A stretch of 64,000 bases of DNA from Octopus vulgaris (taxonomy: Eukaryota): contig OX597827.1 of NCBI GenBank assembly GCA_951406725.2, positions 73,904,001 through 73,968,000 of the forward strand, given 5' to 3'. How positions within the stretch are numbered: the stretch's first letter is position 1; the number at the start of each line of letters is the position of its first letter. Under the pieces are notes generated by a model that searched no databases, had not been told where the DNA came from, and saw only the letters and a program-made list of their open reading frames with translations. The translations under genes and the position numbers were made by a program. This document shows, piece by piece, positions 40,538 through 55,430 of the stretch.

Positions 40538-43050
40538 CTCAACCGAAGCAAGGCTCAATGACCTCACTACCTCTTCCTAGTCTAAAAAAAATTTGGAGGG
40601 CTTCCAAGCAGTGCTGTTTTCTGCAAGTGCTCCATAAAATCCCATAGGATCTTGGGATTATCATTTTCGATGATGTCTTCGAGTTTGTGTTCGTATCAAT
40701 TTTTTGCTCTGTCAAGTCCATACTTATTGCAAAGTGTCCAAAGACAATACTTACTATGTTGTCATGACGTCTCTTATATTTTTTCTGGACTAGTGGCGTA
40801 CATTCACTGGTAGTATTCCATACGGTTTCACCATTTTGTCCGCAAATTCTGCACTTTCCACTTTCTGATGTGCTATCTATTCTGCATTTGATGTAAATGG
40901 TTCTTAATGCTTGTTCTTGGACAGTACAGATTAGAACCTCCGTTTCCGATTTAAAATCAGCTTTATTCATCCATCTTTTTTCTCTTTCTGTCTTATCTTC
41001 AACATCCCATTGAAATTATTCATACCTTCTTTTCTTTATCCATCTATTTTCAGTTTCATTCATTCTCAAGTGCCTGCACAGTGCTTTATCTTCCACCTAC
41101 ACAAGCCTGATCTTTTTACTTCCAAGAATAGCGGTTCTGTGGCATTTTTTACATATCATGTTGTTTTCTTCTGCTCTAATGCTGTGTTTGCATCCAATCA
41201 GTTCTTTTCCCCCTCTTATTCTTGGTGCATAAAGACTATCTCTGTCCCTTTTTGGGTGGAGTATCCCATATCTAGTTAGCAACTTTCTTGTCGTTTTGTC
41301 TATACTGTTTAGTTCGTCTACAGCCGATACGATTACTCCTGCTCCATATCTAAGGAGTGAAACCGCCCAGGTGTTGATAGCATCAATCTTATTCCGTAAG
41401 TTTCATTTTGATTTAAGGATTAGTCTCAGTCTGCGCAAGTACACCACCTTAAATTTTTCTGTCATTTCTTTCTCCATTAATTTATCCATTTCCAATATCC
41501 CCAAGTACTTATAGCCCGTCTCTTCTATTTGTTACATAAGCTCCCTCGACGGTATCGCTAGGCCATCCGTACATTTAATTTTGCTTCTCTTCAAGACAAA
41601 CACACTACACCTTTTCAGTCCGAACTCCATTCTGATATACTGACAGTATAACCGTATCAACAAGGGAACTGACTTAGGATTCAGCTTTATCATAAAGTTT
41701 GAGGTCATCCATGAATAGCAAGGGGTTGACTCTTTGTTGGAGGCTCTTGAATAACGTACACAGCCTTTGCTTTCTTCGGAATCAGTGTTAGTGGTATCAT
41801 GCACATTACAAAGATCAGTGGGGACAGGAAGTTCCCTTGGAAGATGCCTGATTTCTATTTCCCTACACTTCTATATGCTGTCAATTCCGTTCTCCATTTC
41901 ACTATACTTTTTCCAAGCAATCGTTCAACATTCGATCCAATACCAAATAGATTCATACATTCCATAATCCAAGAATGTGGGATCATATGGCATGCCTAAC
42001 GATAATAGATATATGACATGAGTAAGTTAGTTTTCTTCCTCTTGCAGTTTCTAAGTAAAATTTTGTCTACCAGGAGTTGATCCTTGTTACCTCTGCACTT
42101 ACGCTTGCAACCCTTCTGCTCATGTAGCAGGACTCAATTTTTTTTCCAGATGTTCGTAAGTTGACTCTGCGTCTATTCCAGTCAATAATTTTCACATATG
42201 GAGCAAGCAGGATATCGGCCTATAATTGTCTACCGTTTTGCCTTTTACGATGTTTTTCAAACACAGCACTATCCTACCCATTGCAACCATTCTGGTATTA
42301 CATGGTCGGCAATTAACAAGCTGTTAATTTGTGCAGCTATTCGTGTATGACATTCACTAAGCTTTTGATCAAGTAGCCTTGAACCCCATCTGCACCTAGG
42401 GCCTTCAAGTTGCCCATCTTTTTGTTGACCTTCTTCACTTCCCTAACTGAAATGACTAGATCTTCCTGTTGTGGACACACTACTGTCTGTTTGTTTCAGT
42501 TTTTGCAACCATTTAGCATCCTTCTTGTGCTCCTTGTCTTTGCTCCAGATGTCACACCACAACCTTTGACTTTCAATGTTATATAGTATCATCTTTTCAT
42601 CTGTACACTCTCCATTTATTTCTTTGTAGAATCTCTTCTGATCTACACAGAAATAAGCTATTCTGCTGGTATTCCTTCGTTTTTCTTTGCAACGAGAAGC
42701 TGTTTCAGTGTCTCCATTACCAATTTCAAGCTCTTTCTTTCAATACCCATACTTTCTGTTCAGTGCCCTGTATTTCTGCTCGCTTTAAAGCTCCCCCTTT
42801 TCGTTTCGGTCTAACATGTAATTCGAGAGCATATCTAACCCCGCCTGTATTCTTCTTTTCTACCATGGATCTTTTCTTTTGTCACTCCCAATATATTTCT
42901 TTTTCTTGACATCAACACCCACATTTTCTGCTACAACAATTCTTGATCAAATTATTTGTTTCTGTGATGTTCTTTGTTATGATGTGTTTCAGAATTTTAT
43001 TCACATTTTTCGTTTCTTGATTCAATTTCCAATGTTCAGCCTTTTAAAGG
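40538..43050 (-). mobile_element. Heavily degraded R4/NeSL-group LINE
   Basis: CRICGQNGETV..KRRHD, LLFMDDLKLY near 41700, MEFGLKRC, LHPKRD; many stops. Confidence 0.8.
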
Positions 43051-43189
43051 TTGCAACTAATGTCGCTGTCGTTCTTCTGTGGCGTTGCCTTTATTCTGTT
43101 GTAGATTGCCTTTTTTCCCATCTATCATGTAAACAATAGTTTTATTGTCTTCTTCGAGACCATCTATATGTCTCTCATCGAGTAAGTGG

Positions 43190-43991
43190 TGCTCTTTTCC
43201 AGAAAATGCATCATCACTATTCTGCGCTGGTCCCCAAAACTGTGAGTATCTTCTTACTTGCTGAGAGTTGGGCACGCGCCTTCTTTGGAGGGGGTGAGTT
43301 ATCATGCTTCCATTGCTTCAACTGGACTTTAGTCTCAGGATCAGTGATTGACTCATGTTTCATCCTGTGTGATAAGTCTGTTGAAAAAAGCCTACTCGTT
43401 TTCTTGGCACATTGCCAAAATTGTCTGGGAGCACTTGACTCGTTCCTGCTTCTGAAAAGGTGTGAGCATCCGGGGACTCCATCGAGCAGACAACCTCCGC
43501 ATGTGCAAATTGCTGTGAATGATTTTGTCCGCGGACCCTATACTTATCTTCACTTCTTGAGCGAGTTACCGAATAGTTATGCGGCCATCCTCCAAAATAG
43601 CGGAATCCACCTTATGATATCGTCATCAATGGCGGAATGCGGTCGTTCAGGAACAGGAGAAGTTTCCACCGATGTCCGACCACATTGGAACTAGTGATGC
43701 TGGAGCTTGACTAAGTTGAATGATGGTGAATCGTCACCATAAACTCCTTTAATTTCATTGAAAGTCTCTTTTAGTGTAAGACCTTTCAAGTATAAGAACC
43801 TCGTCAATGAAAACTGCCTCCACTATAACACCTTGGTCCACTTCAGCAGCCGTAAAAGATAAATGAATGCTAGTGGAACGGTGCAATTTACAATGTGACA
43901 TGTAGAGACGAATGGTTATACATGTATAAGTTCCGTTTCCTGCAGTAACGGGAAGGGGGTCAGAGAAAACTGTAAATGAACGCTCCTCGTA
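43190..43991 (-). mobile_element. Truncated mariner relic (irritans-like)
   Basis: End tacgaggagcgttca; remnants VYGDDSPS, FQCGRTSV, DPETKVQLKQWKH..SPPPKKAR. Confidence 0.75.
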
Positions 43992-45311
43992 ATGTATATA
44001 TAATGATAACTAAACTTATAACTAACTCCACAAATTATCTGGACATAGAATGAGATATTACCTAAGAAGCTGCATAGTCATCACAAATTTCAACAATAGA
44101 AAGCAATAACAAGCAACATGGAAACGAACTACCAGATATTAGCATCAGACAGAGACAAAACTACTAAATAAAACCAAGCTTTGAAATATTTTTTGATGTC
44201 TTGCTATTTGCGCTGCAAACACTTCATGTCCGTCTATTTGGCGTTGAACTGTTAGTGTAATGAATCGTTGCGGCTTGACACTTGAATTGCTAATCTTATT
44301 GTAGACATAAGTAAATATAGATCTGTAGCATATCTCAACCGAATAATCCACATAATTAATCTCATTAACATTCTTACTAATTATGCTAGTCTCAAACTCC
44401 CAATGGTAAACTGTAAAATAATAATCATTCATAGAAATATTACATTTCTAAATATCTCAGAGAGATATAAGCAGTAGTGGTACGATGGAGTAGTTGTATA
44501 CTGTCAACTTAATGTGACAGTCCCATGAAGGGAATCACACCACTGCTATTTAGCCCTAGAAAGCAGCAACGCTTCCTGTCGGCCTTGACACATTTCAGAA
44601 ATTATAATTTGGAACGAAAATATCATCTTTATATCTACGACAGGCACTAAGCTGCCTAACTAGACTTAATGTTTTCTTTTTCTAAATCTCTAAGCAAGTA
44701 CAAGTCGGCTAAACAAGGTCAATAATTACTCCCATGGTAATGCCTCTAATCTGCCTAAGTACTTTACTATTAAACGAAATATTTCCATTATATGATACTA
44801 ATTTTATTAATTTTTCGAAATTATCATTTTAATTATACACTAGTATGAACACATTTTACTTTGCATTTAACATAAACGTTCTCTATTCTCTATCGAATGC
44901 AAAAATTCCATTATCTACCTAATGCTCAATAATAAACTAAGCCTGCTAGAACTGCTCTAAGCTCATTGCTATAAAAATCCCTCTCCTACATGTCTTACTC
45001 TTTACTCCAGCTCTAAACCTCAAGCCAATCACTATCTACTGTATTTTATTACACAGACCTCATGATTTTATATAGTTTATATGATTATAATATCATAACA
45101 TTATTACGATCCCGGCAATAAACTTTCGGTCTGTATTTCCGCTGAAAAGCTTTCCCTTCATTTTTATTTTCACTAACAAATGTTTTGATTTGTGTCATTT
45201 TTATTGCCGAGAAAGACATGAATATGATATTTTCATATTCTACTAGATTTCTAAGGTATCTCACTTGATGTTTTCTTAAAAATAAAAATTCTATTTTTCT
45301 TTATATTAAAG

Positions 45312-45398
45312 CCAAATGTGATATCACCAAAGGAGATTGCGTCGCAGATAATAAGAGGGAACAAGATTATTGTAAAAGTACTTGCTTCAGAGAACCTG
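45312..45398 (+). CDS. Internal Cys-rich exon of the same gene
   Basis: Acceptor ttctatttttctttatattaaAG, donor G|GTAAGT, 87 nt, phase 1-1, open frame (S)KCDITKGDCVADNKREQDYCKSTCFREP. Confidence 0.75.
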
Positions 45399-46035
45399 GT
45401 AAGTTTAGTAGTATTAGTGTTATTTTATATCATTTAATAGAATAGCATGATCCAGCTCTTACTCTCATATTTTGCATGTTCCATCATCCTGTAATAGTTT
45501 TAGATTCCTTCAATAGAGTGCGGTTGTTTATTGTATTGTGAATGCTATTATATGCAATTATCTGTACGTGTACATGTTCACACATGTCTGAAATACTGAT
45601 TCCGTTCTGTAAATTACCATCACAGTAAAGAAGACAAAGAAGACCACGATGCGTATTCTATAAGAAGACAGAGCATGACTTAGAGCAAGAGAAAATATGT
45701 ATCAATTGATAACTATGATTAATCAATTTTAGGCAGAAGTCATTAGGAAAGTTTTATCAAAGGCTACACACTTTTGAGAAAATATATAACTAATAATATG
45801 AATTTTAAATATGGAAAAAATAAAAATTTTGAAATATTTCAAAATGGATGCCTTTTCTTATGAAAAAAACAACAACTAATAAGCAGATGATGTTAACATA
45901 GTTAACATGTTCCTGTTTATAGCATTCATCTGATAAATTTTATATATCTTATACCAAATACTAAACTTTATTCTTTTTCTGATTTACTTAAATTTCATTA
46001 AGTGATGAGAATGTCACCTGTATCATCACATGCAG

Positions 46036-46066
<31 letters not shown>

Positions 46067-46147
46067 GATTTATTTGATTTTGATTTATTCTAGTTTCAGC
46101 TTATGAGCTGTGGCCATGCTGGGGCACCGCCATTTTGCTGGGGCACC

Positions 46148-46195
<48 letters not shown>

Positions 46196-46229
46196 TATAT
46201 TTATATTTATATATATATATTTATACACA

Positions 46230-46990
46230 TGTAACAGTTGCACACCCGTGATGTCCCGATGCAATTTATGCCTTGAAGAAACTCAGGAAATCATTGCACT
46301 CAGAAAAAACGTGATAAATACACAAATAGACACTCCGAGGTGATCACATCATATAAACATAGACGCAAAACATTGTTTCTGAATTTGAAAGAAAAATGCA
46401 TTTTGGAACGAAATAACATCAACCACCCTTAGTATATTAGAGAACAAGGAAAGAACAAACCAATGTTTAGGATGTTAAACAATATACAACTGTAATAGCA
46501 GAAACAAATAAAAGGTCACTCTAAGAAAAAATTATTTATCAATTCGGGCAACGAACTCCAACAGCTGATGGCTGTAGTGGCTGTAACGACTGACCTGATT
46601 ACTTCAGACTTCATTGAAGATAGTGATGCCATAAATGAGATCGAACAAAGGAATGTACAGACGGAATAGCAAAATAAGCCCAACATCACCAGACACACCG
46701 CCATCCCCATATAACTGCCGTTCCTCCCTCTCTTTCCAGCACTTCGTCCCTCCTCCACACACACAAATACACACCTAAATAGCCACATAAATTAATGAAC
46801 CTTCGTACTGGTTAAAAGGGATAAACAGCCCTTTGTTAAACATCTATTAATGTTATATCACCTGAAGAAATGAATCCATGGACGTGATTTACCCAAGGTC
46901 CACGAATATCATGAACTACACTGTAATCGTGTCAGGAATACGGACGGCGGTCTTAGGAGGCAAGTGATTTGTGGAAGCGTGTGTAGCGAT
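46230..46990 (+). mobile_element. PLE 3' remnant (GIY-YIG C-terminus plus UTR with a degenerate hammerhead)
   Basis: SRCNLCLEE..II...NRHSEVITSYKHRRK-like terminus; cac-ctgaaga...gaactacactgtaatc-gtg at 46859-46931. Confidence 0.55.
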
Positions 46991-47417
46991 GTATTAAATG
47001 CTTATAAATTTCATCCACGCATTATTGCTATTGGTACTGTATTTATCCTATATTATATCGGTACAGCTCGATGCAACACTAAAATCTGGTTATACACACA
47101 CACATATATATATGTATGTATATAGATAGATAAAACTTTGTTGGAAAAAGATGCGTGGTGTTCAATCTTATAATAATATAAATAATATGTATATATATAT
47201 ATATATATGATGCATATATACATACGTATATATAAATACTTACATGTATATATATATATATATATACATATGTGGGCACAGGACGTCACAAAACGTAAAC
47301 AACAAAATATCCGAAATACGAATACACGGAATATGAACTTTTTTGCGGACAACAAAAGAAACAAATGGAAAACAAGACAAACAACATAAAGAGCGACCCT
47401 TCATCAGTTGTCGGCTA

Positions 47418-47461
<44 letters not shown>

Positions 47462-48412
47462 GATAGATAGAGTGAGAAAGAGAGAGAGAAACGGCCGATA
47501 ACTGATGAAGGGTCGCTCTATGGTGTATCTCTTGTTTTCCATTTGTTTCATGTATATATATATATTTATACCTGCTTATGAATATAAGTGTGTATTTTAG
47601 AGTATAAAATTTATAATGGACCTCAGTTTTGAACATTGTGAAAGATTTATTCTCCACGCAGTAAAAGTTGACAAGTTGTTTTCTGCAATGTCAAGTTCTC
47701 AACAAAACTTTAAAAATATATACGTGTGTGTATTCTCTTCTATGAATGTTATATCTTTAAATTATCCCAGTACTACTAGGTACTTCCCAGCGGCTTTTCA
47801 GTGAGAAAAGATACCAAATGGAAGGACTCACAAATATTTGCAAACTTCAATAATTCAAGAATATATGATAAAAATGAAAAACCTGAAAGTCTGCAATGGT
47901 TAAAGACACCCATTTTCTCATTGTTCTGAGAAAGAAACACACTGGATAAAGTGGAAACAAGATAGACATGGGTGTAAAATCTTTGATCATTGGTCCACGG
48001 AATGAATGCTGAGTGATGGCTAAATAACAACAATGGCATTAAAAATGCGTCAATAGATGTGAAGAAAATATATGCGTAAATAAACTTGAGAATATGTTGT
48101 TTTAATCACTAATCAATTGTGTTGTATGTCTTACACCGAAATTATGCGATATATAATAAATTAATGTTCAGGGCAGACAATGGAGCAGCGTAGAAGCAAA
48201 CTGTTTGCCAACCGATCCTAATATACGGATTAATTCATTTCTCATCACTGAAATTGCTAATGCTCTTTACAGTGTATAAATCATAACGCTATCTTAATCT
48301 ATAACTTTTTATATAAATTAGATACTATCTAATATTAACGAATCAATATTATGTATTAAGAGAATTATTCAAAGAAATGTTTTAATAATGTTGATATATT
48401 ATTTGTTTTCAG

Positions 48413-48565
48413 ACAGTTGTAAAGGTTATGGTGATGTTGACTTGTTTGGGAAAGTCCAGAAATACCAATGTAACTGTAAACACCTTAGTGACTGTCAGTT
48501 CCAAATCCTTAGTAAATGTGAAAATGGATGCTTACCTGGATTTAAAGAGCCATATTGTCAAATGC
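48413..48565 (+). CDS. EGF-like (MEGF/laminin-EGF-type) exon
   Basis: Acceptor tatttgttttcAG, donor C|GTAAGT, 153 nt, phase 1-1. Reads (D)SCKGYGDVDLFGKVQKYQCNCKHLSDCQFQILSKCENGCLPGFKEPYCQM with a CxC...C...C-x3-C-x2-G-F-x4-CQ pattern. Confidence 0.85.
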
Positions 48566-49754
48566 GTAAGTAAAATGATTGTTAAAAATTTAAGTAAAAT
48601 ATTAGCAGGATTGCTGGAGATTACATTCTGATATACACTATTTAAATTACAATTTCATTCAAAGTGAGTTGTCCGAACATACAGCAACCCATTTCTGATA
48701 ATAAGTACAATTGTTTAAAGCGTGAGTTTCTTTCCCAACATTTTAATTCTGATTAACTAAGTTTAACCAAGACGTGCAATGATATTAAGGCATGAATATG
48801 TAAGAAATATATAAAAATTGGAACCCCTTTTAGACTTTATTAATATAAGACAGTTTGAGATATGCGGAAGAGCGTTACATAAATGATCTTGTTTCCATAA
48901 AACAACAGTTTAAATCCTATAAACGAAAAGATGTTACACTATTATTGTATACTGACAAATAATATTTAACACATTCTTGAAATACACACATGCACGCGAC
49001 ATCACATACACCCATATATACATAACACACACAAACACACATATACGCAATTTCCATCCCTATTTCCCGCTAGACTCCGATTCCGAAAATCCCCATACAT
49101 CATAAAACCACCCTACATCTCATCTATCCCCGGTTTCATTATACTATTGCTTTCCACCATCTTTACTTTGTTCTATCACTTATCTTCTCCTCCTCCTTCT
49201 CTTCACTCATCCTCTCCTAATCCCTTCACCCCCACCCCAAACTGATATTCAGCCTTGACGATGCTTGCACATTTTCCACACTCACCAGATCTACCTCTGT
49301 CTCCATCACTAACCAATTGTCATTCTCTTTTAATAGTGTTGCTAACTTACCATTACTTGCCTACACTTTCTGAATTTCTGTCTCTATCCTTGCTTGTTCC
49401 TTGAGGATAACCCCTAATTTTTCCCCTAGTACCTCATCACCGTAATTTCCTCCGTTTTCACCAGGGGTAGCAAAATATCTCTCCTACATCAAGACACTCG
49501 TGCCTGTCCGTTATCATACCTCTGAGCATCTGACAGAAACCACATCCCTCAATACTGTATCCCCACCCAAAAAAGAACCCAGTACATTATAAATTGCGTG
49601 GTACAAAGCGGGACAACCAATCATAGAATGCATGCCAAAGCAGATACTGGAGTGCGATGCTGTTTTCAGTCTCGTAATATTCTGCGAAACATACATACAT
49701 GCTTATACACATACATAAGAGCATTTTTGTTATTTATTTATATGACAATTATTT

Positions 49755-50045
49755 GACGAGAAACTGGCAGAATCGTTAGAGCGTCGGAATAATTAAAAAA
49801 ACCTAACCTTTTAAGGCGGCGAACTGGCAGAATCGTTAGCACGTCGGGCGAAATGCTTAGCGGTATTTCATCTGCCGCTACGTTCTGAGTTCAAATTCCG
49901 CCGAGGTCGACTTTGCCTTTCATCCTTTCGGGGTTGATAAATAAAGTACCAGTTTCGCACTGGGATCGATGTAATCGACTTAATCCCTTTGTCTGTCCTT
50001 GTTTGTCCCATCTATGTTTAGCCCCTTGTGGGCAATAAAGAAATA
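49755..50045 (+). mobile_element. SINE family A with an extra head fragment and a 16-bp TSD
   Basis: Full SINE at about 49814-50043; tatatgacaattattt at 49739-49754 and 50046-50061. Confidence 0.8.
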
Positions 50046-50897
50046 TATATGACAATTATTTTTGTTCTATTGTATTGCAGAAAGGCGCTTGTCCATTTTA
50101 AATGTATAATTCTGTTTCTGTTGCACTTGCATTTTTTATAATGTTACATTCGTCCGATAGTAGAGAGACCCTCTCTGTTATTTATATTTTCGTATTGTAA
50201 TGTACCATCATTTTCTCCGCTTTTGTTTTGTTGCTGTATACATTCGTTTGGTTTTCCTGGAGGCTTAATGCTTTTCCTTTAAGTCCCTGGCACCTTGTTG
50301 GATTCGAATAGTCTCGGTATTAAAGCGGTTCGAAACTATAATGACCTTTAAGAAACCGACTGATGAGGAACTTTGCTGCGAATGGCCCGTCTATCTTGTT
50401 TCCGTCCTGTTTACATTTTTTATGTTATTGTCTATGGTATTCCTCATGTTATGTTATCGTCTATTTTTGGCATGTTGTGTTTTCTTCGATTCCACCTGTG
50501 ATGTTCTTTTTGTTCTGCCTTTGATTTATATATAGTATTCCTCTTAACAGCTTTCACATGATGGACAGACAAGTTATTAGTTTGAAGTTGTCGACAGTGT
50601 TTTCCGTTGATGCTTCTTCCTGGCACAACATTATTTTGCCTCTGGTCAACGAACCTGGGAGTTCTGTATGGTTTTCAAGTAATGTGCTTAAACGTTCCGC
50701 TATCCTTTCGTTGCACTCTGTAAATTTCTTCATTCAATCAGATTTGTCAAACTTATTTTGATGAAACTGCCAGTATCAAAGTATCAAATTTTGCTCAAAA
50801 AGTACCAAAATTTTAATTTGGAATATTTTGCCTATAAATCAACTGAAATGCACAATATATGTTATTTATAATATACAGGTCTTTATTCTAAAGTGAT

Positions 50898-51346
50898 CTC
50901 TTTTTCTCTTTAACTCTTTTATTTTACTTGTTTCAGTCATTTGACTGCAGCTATACTGGAGCACCGCCTTTAGTCGAGCAAATAAATCGACCCCAGGACT
51001 TATTCGTTGTAAGCCTAGTACTTATTCTATCGGTCTGTTTTGCCGAACCGATAAGTTACGGGGACCTAAACACACCAGCATCAGTTGTCAAGCGATGTTG
51101 GGGGAACAAACACAGATATACAAACACACACACACACTCACACGCACGCGCGCACCCACACATCCACACACCCACTCATATATATATATACACATACATA
51201 TATACGAGAGGCTTCTTTCAGTTTGCTTCTACCAAATTCACTCACATTTAACAGAAGACACTTGGCCAAGGTGCCACACAGTGGGACTGAACCCGGAACC
51301 ATGTGGCTGGTAAGCAAGCTACTTACCACACAGCCACTCCTGCGCC
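50898..51346 (-). mobile_element. SINE family B
   Basis: Reverse complement of 26787-27300 with an internal deletion. Confidence 0.85.
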
Positions 51347-52092
51347 TACAATACTTAATGTACTTTGCATCCCTGTTAAACTAATATCCAGTTGAATTAT
51401 AGATGAATTAGTTTTCAATAAAAATCTATAATGGGTCCCCTAGGGTGGGGCTCTAGCACATGCTTACTAATCAGCTATGACACGCGACAACACCAGCTAC
51501 AATACGAAGACGATTTGTCAATGTATTTGTAAATCGATCAATTTATATTATTTATTTTACTCAGATGCATATTCGTTTATTTAAAAATAATATAGGGACA
51601 GTTCTTACACCCCGACTAATGGAATTAATTGTTTGTAATAGTATGTTTAGCAATAAACTATTACCATAGACAACCGTTTAGTCCTGAAGAAGCGAATTGA
51701 GCAGGAAACTAGAGAGGGCATGGAGGTGTGATGGTAAACGAGAACTGGGAATAATCCCCGCTTTCCCGGTATTACCGGCCAACTTATTTATTTTACTCAG
51801 ATACATATTCGTGTGTTAAAATAATACACAGACATACCTTATTCACCCAGTAATCGTATTAATAGTTTGTAATTGAATTTTTTAGCGATTAAGCTATTAC
51901 TATAAAAGTTAATAAAGTATTTAATGGCTTAATTGCACCTAACTGATTCTAAAATATGTATATTGACATAGGATTGGGAACGGGAATGGGAGTGAAACTA
52001 AAACGAGAACTGAACAGGGAATGGGACGGAATATGAAACAGTGTAATGGGAACGGGGATATGTAATGGGAATGGGAATATGAAACAATGAAA

Positions 52093-52450
52093 TGGCCATG
52101 CTGCAGCACCGTCTTTTAGTCAAAGAAATCGACCCCAGCACTTATTCTTTGTAAGCCTGGTACTTATTCTATCGGCTACTTTTGCCTAACCGCTAAGTTA
52201 CGTGGACGTAAATACACTAAGATCGGTTGTTCAGCGATGTTGTAGGGACAAACACAGTCACAAACACACAAATATATACATGTATGTATATACGACAGGC
52301 GTCTTTCAGTTTCCGTCAACCAAATCCACTGACAAGTCTTTGGTTGACCTGTAGCTATAGTAGAAGATATTTACCCAAGGTGCCACGGAAAGGAACTGAA
52401 CCCGGAACAATGTGGTTGGAAAGCAAGTTTTTGTTTACCACATAGCCACA
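52093..52450 (-). mobile_element. SINE family B
   Basis: Diverged reverse-complement copy. Confidence 0.8.
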
Positions 52451-52759
52451 CCAGTGATTTATTGATTGTTAATCGAAAGGTTTATATTCATTTGTGGCTT
52501 ATGTTAATAAATTCCCTTTATTTAGTCTTCGTTATTGGTTGAAACAATCTGAGCACTTGCAGAGGGGAAAGACTTTGAAATCGGGTAATTCTATTCCTGC
52601 ACAGGTTGCAATGTAACTACTTGAATTAATTTTCTTCGTGATTTTGTCGCCGATCTATTGGTGATGAGCCGTCATTGTGTTGCCTAACGATCCTCCCGTC
52701 TGACCTACCTAATTACGTTAGCAACCAATGTAGATCAGATTTTCTGTGTTGCAGGTGAG

Positions 52760-53425
52760 ATTGGATTTAACTTTGAAGGTTTGGCCGTCTTTGTATTTAA
52801 ATTCTGGCCCCTAAATAACGTAACGGTTAGTACCGTAGTTCATTCTCCTGCATTTGGTGACCGTTGGGTTGGGGGTTTCTTTGCGCGCTTTTCCTCCAGT
52901 GAGAACGAGTTTTAGTGTTTTGGGTTGCTTTTTGCTTTTGATGATTTGTTGTTTTTCTCAGATTTTTTCTCATTTTTTCATCTGCAAATAAAATGGGGAG
53001 GTTTTTGTGGATGTGATCAAATATATCAAATATTCATTTGTGTTGTCTTGTTTATCCCGTTGGTGATTTTGCCACGCGGGAAGGTTCTTTGGATAAGTGT
53101 GACCTTCAGTTCTTCTAGTTTTTGTTCATGTTTCGATGGTTCTTATACCAAGGTACAACTTCATGTTGCCAGGTTGAAGGGAATGTTGATCTTAGTTTGT
53201 TTCGGGTGACATGATGTGAAAAGAAGGTATTGATTGGAGCCAATGGGTTTGTAGAATATGTCTGTTTCTATTTTCCCATATTTGTTTGAGAGTTGGATAA
53301 CAAGAAAGGCGAGTTATTTGGGGTTAAATTCCATTGTGAATTGGATGTTATTGCTGACGCTGTTTTACGTGTTTTAAAATTCAGTTAGATTGTCCATGTT
53401 TTCTACCATAAGATATAAGCAATCA
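52760..53425 (-). mobile_element. PLE reverse transcriptase remnant
   Basis: IQFTME, IETDIFYKP, QYLLFTSCHPKQTKINIPFNLA. Confidence 0.8.
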
Positions 53426-54319
53426 ATCATCCAATTATCATAAATGATGAGAGCAGAAGAGGACCAGACTAGTTAAAATGTTACAATGATGTTATGTGCA
53501 GAGAAATCAATTTTCGAAAAATGCCAGTCGTTTGCAACCCGATTTCTGGGGAATTTCTAACTTGAATGATGACGTTATTTCTGAAATACCGATGAAATTA
53601 TGTAGAATTTGTGGAAGTGTTGGAGGGAACATATTCTAAGAGTCTTGGTGTAAGCCTTGTAGTGGGAGCCATTCTTCAATATTTTTGAAATTACATTTTG
53701 CGAGATCTCGATTCTCGTGTTATTTTTGTTTATTAAGAAGCAATAGTACCTTATATGGAAACCATGTTGTTCCTATCTTGAATTAAAAGATGTTTAAAAC
53801 GAAGAGCTTCCACGGCAGACCAAATCAACTAAGTTGCTGATGTGGACTTTGCAGGTGAAGATATTTTTGACAATCTCTCCTTTCTCTCTGACGTTACCAG
53901 ATACTATGGCAATTTCTATCGACCAAAGAGAACATTAATTATTTCAGTACAATCTCTCTTCTAATTCGATGAATACAAATATTTCCTCATTTTGCAGAAC
54001 TGTTTATTGTTTCGCACTCTGAATTCATAAGTTTCATCGAGTCAAGTACATCATTGATAACGTTCTGAATCTTAATCTTTTAGGAACCACTTTTGTTTTA
54101 TTGTGCTGTGATATGCGACATTTGTAATATTGTTAATGTACATGATGTTGAGATTAGATGCAAATATACTTTACTAGAAAGCACTACTGATGAAATTATT
54201 TGGTATTGAATAGATACAGCCGATTACTGCATGTTGAGTTCTGACTATTGAGAGGTACTTCATCCCGGAAGGTAGACGTTTGCATTTGAACCTGGGTATA
54301 CTGTTTTTCTTTTATTTTC

Positions 54320-54579
54320 TTTCATTTTCTTTTACTTGTTTCAGCCATTTGACTGCGGCCATGCTGGAGCACCGCCTTTAGTCGAGCAAATCGACCCTAG
54401 GACTTATTCTTTGTAAGCCTAGTACTTATTCTATCGGTCTCTTTTGCCGAACTGCTAAGTTACAGGGACCTAAACACACCAGCATCGGTTATCGGTTTGC
54501 GGGACAAACACAGATACACAACACATACACACGCCGCGTGCACGCACACACACACACACACACACGCACGCACACACAC

Positions 54580-54632
<53 letters not shown>

Positions 54633-54720
54633 CATATACGACGGGCTTCTTTCAGTTTCCCTCTACCAAATCCACTCACAAAGCTTTGGTCGGCCCGAAG
54701 CTATAGCAGAAGACACTTGC
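54320..54720 (-). mobile_element. SINE family B, 5'-truncated
   Basis: Tail and body match family B; the head is missing. Confidence 0.8.
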
Positions 54721-55079
54721 TAACGTATGCTTTTGGTACCCACCACCACACGCGCACACACACGCACACACAGACATACACACACACTCACACATACGCA
54801 TATATAAATGAATAGGTATATGTGTTTCTGTGTGTTATATGTGCGTGTATGGGCATGTGGAAATGATTCCCCAAACAAAATACACATAATTTTTGAAGCT
54901 CCGATGAAGCTATAATTTGATGCCAGCGCATCTTATAGAAAAAAACAGTTGTAAGCTAATAAGGTCGCTGACATAATTCATTTTCTTATTCGCTCATTTA
55001 TTTACTTCATCAATGGCTGCTCTGTACGCAACTGACGTTTTGTTCCGAAGCATATGTATGACGAGTTATAACACTTAGT

Positions 55080-55430
55080 TATACATACATACATACATGA
55101 TGGCTGCCCCCTCTTTATCGAATATGGCCATTGCACGAGGCTTAACTTTTGACGGTACTGTGATCAAACGTGACATTTTAGCCCACCTAAAGATCTACGA
55201 TATCTTGTACAGAATTGACAGCTAAAACCTTTACCGGCAATAGCCGGCTGTAGTTGTAGCTGGGCTTCATGTACTTTTGCATGTCGTTTAAGTCCTTCCG
55301 CCGAATTACAGTCCCTTCCACATGCCTGACAGATATGATTAGTATGGTGTGTTACACCATCAGCAGCGGCCTGGTCGTCAATTATCGATCTCGCTTTATG
55401 ACTACGAAGATGACTCTTGATGAATAACAA
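55080..55430 (-). mobile_element. RTE-like LINE 3' end with two C2H2 fingers and a (TGTA)n tail
   Basis: CQACGRDCNSAEGLKRHAKVH and CQFC..SLGGLKCH, a short UTR and a tandem-repeat tail. Confidence 0.65.

Noticed and set aside
51683-51718. Hammerhead-like ctgaaga...gaaactag (and a similar case at 2780-2836)
   Set aside because: Stems and cleavage triplet are too degenerate to call.
55164-55430. C2H2 zinc-finger host gene
   Set aside because: Followed by a short UTR and tandem-repeat tail typical of an RTE LINE C-terminus.
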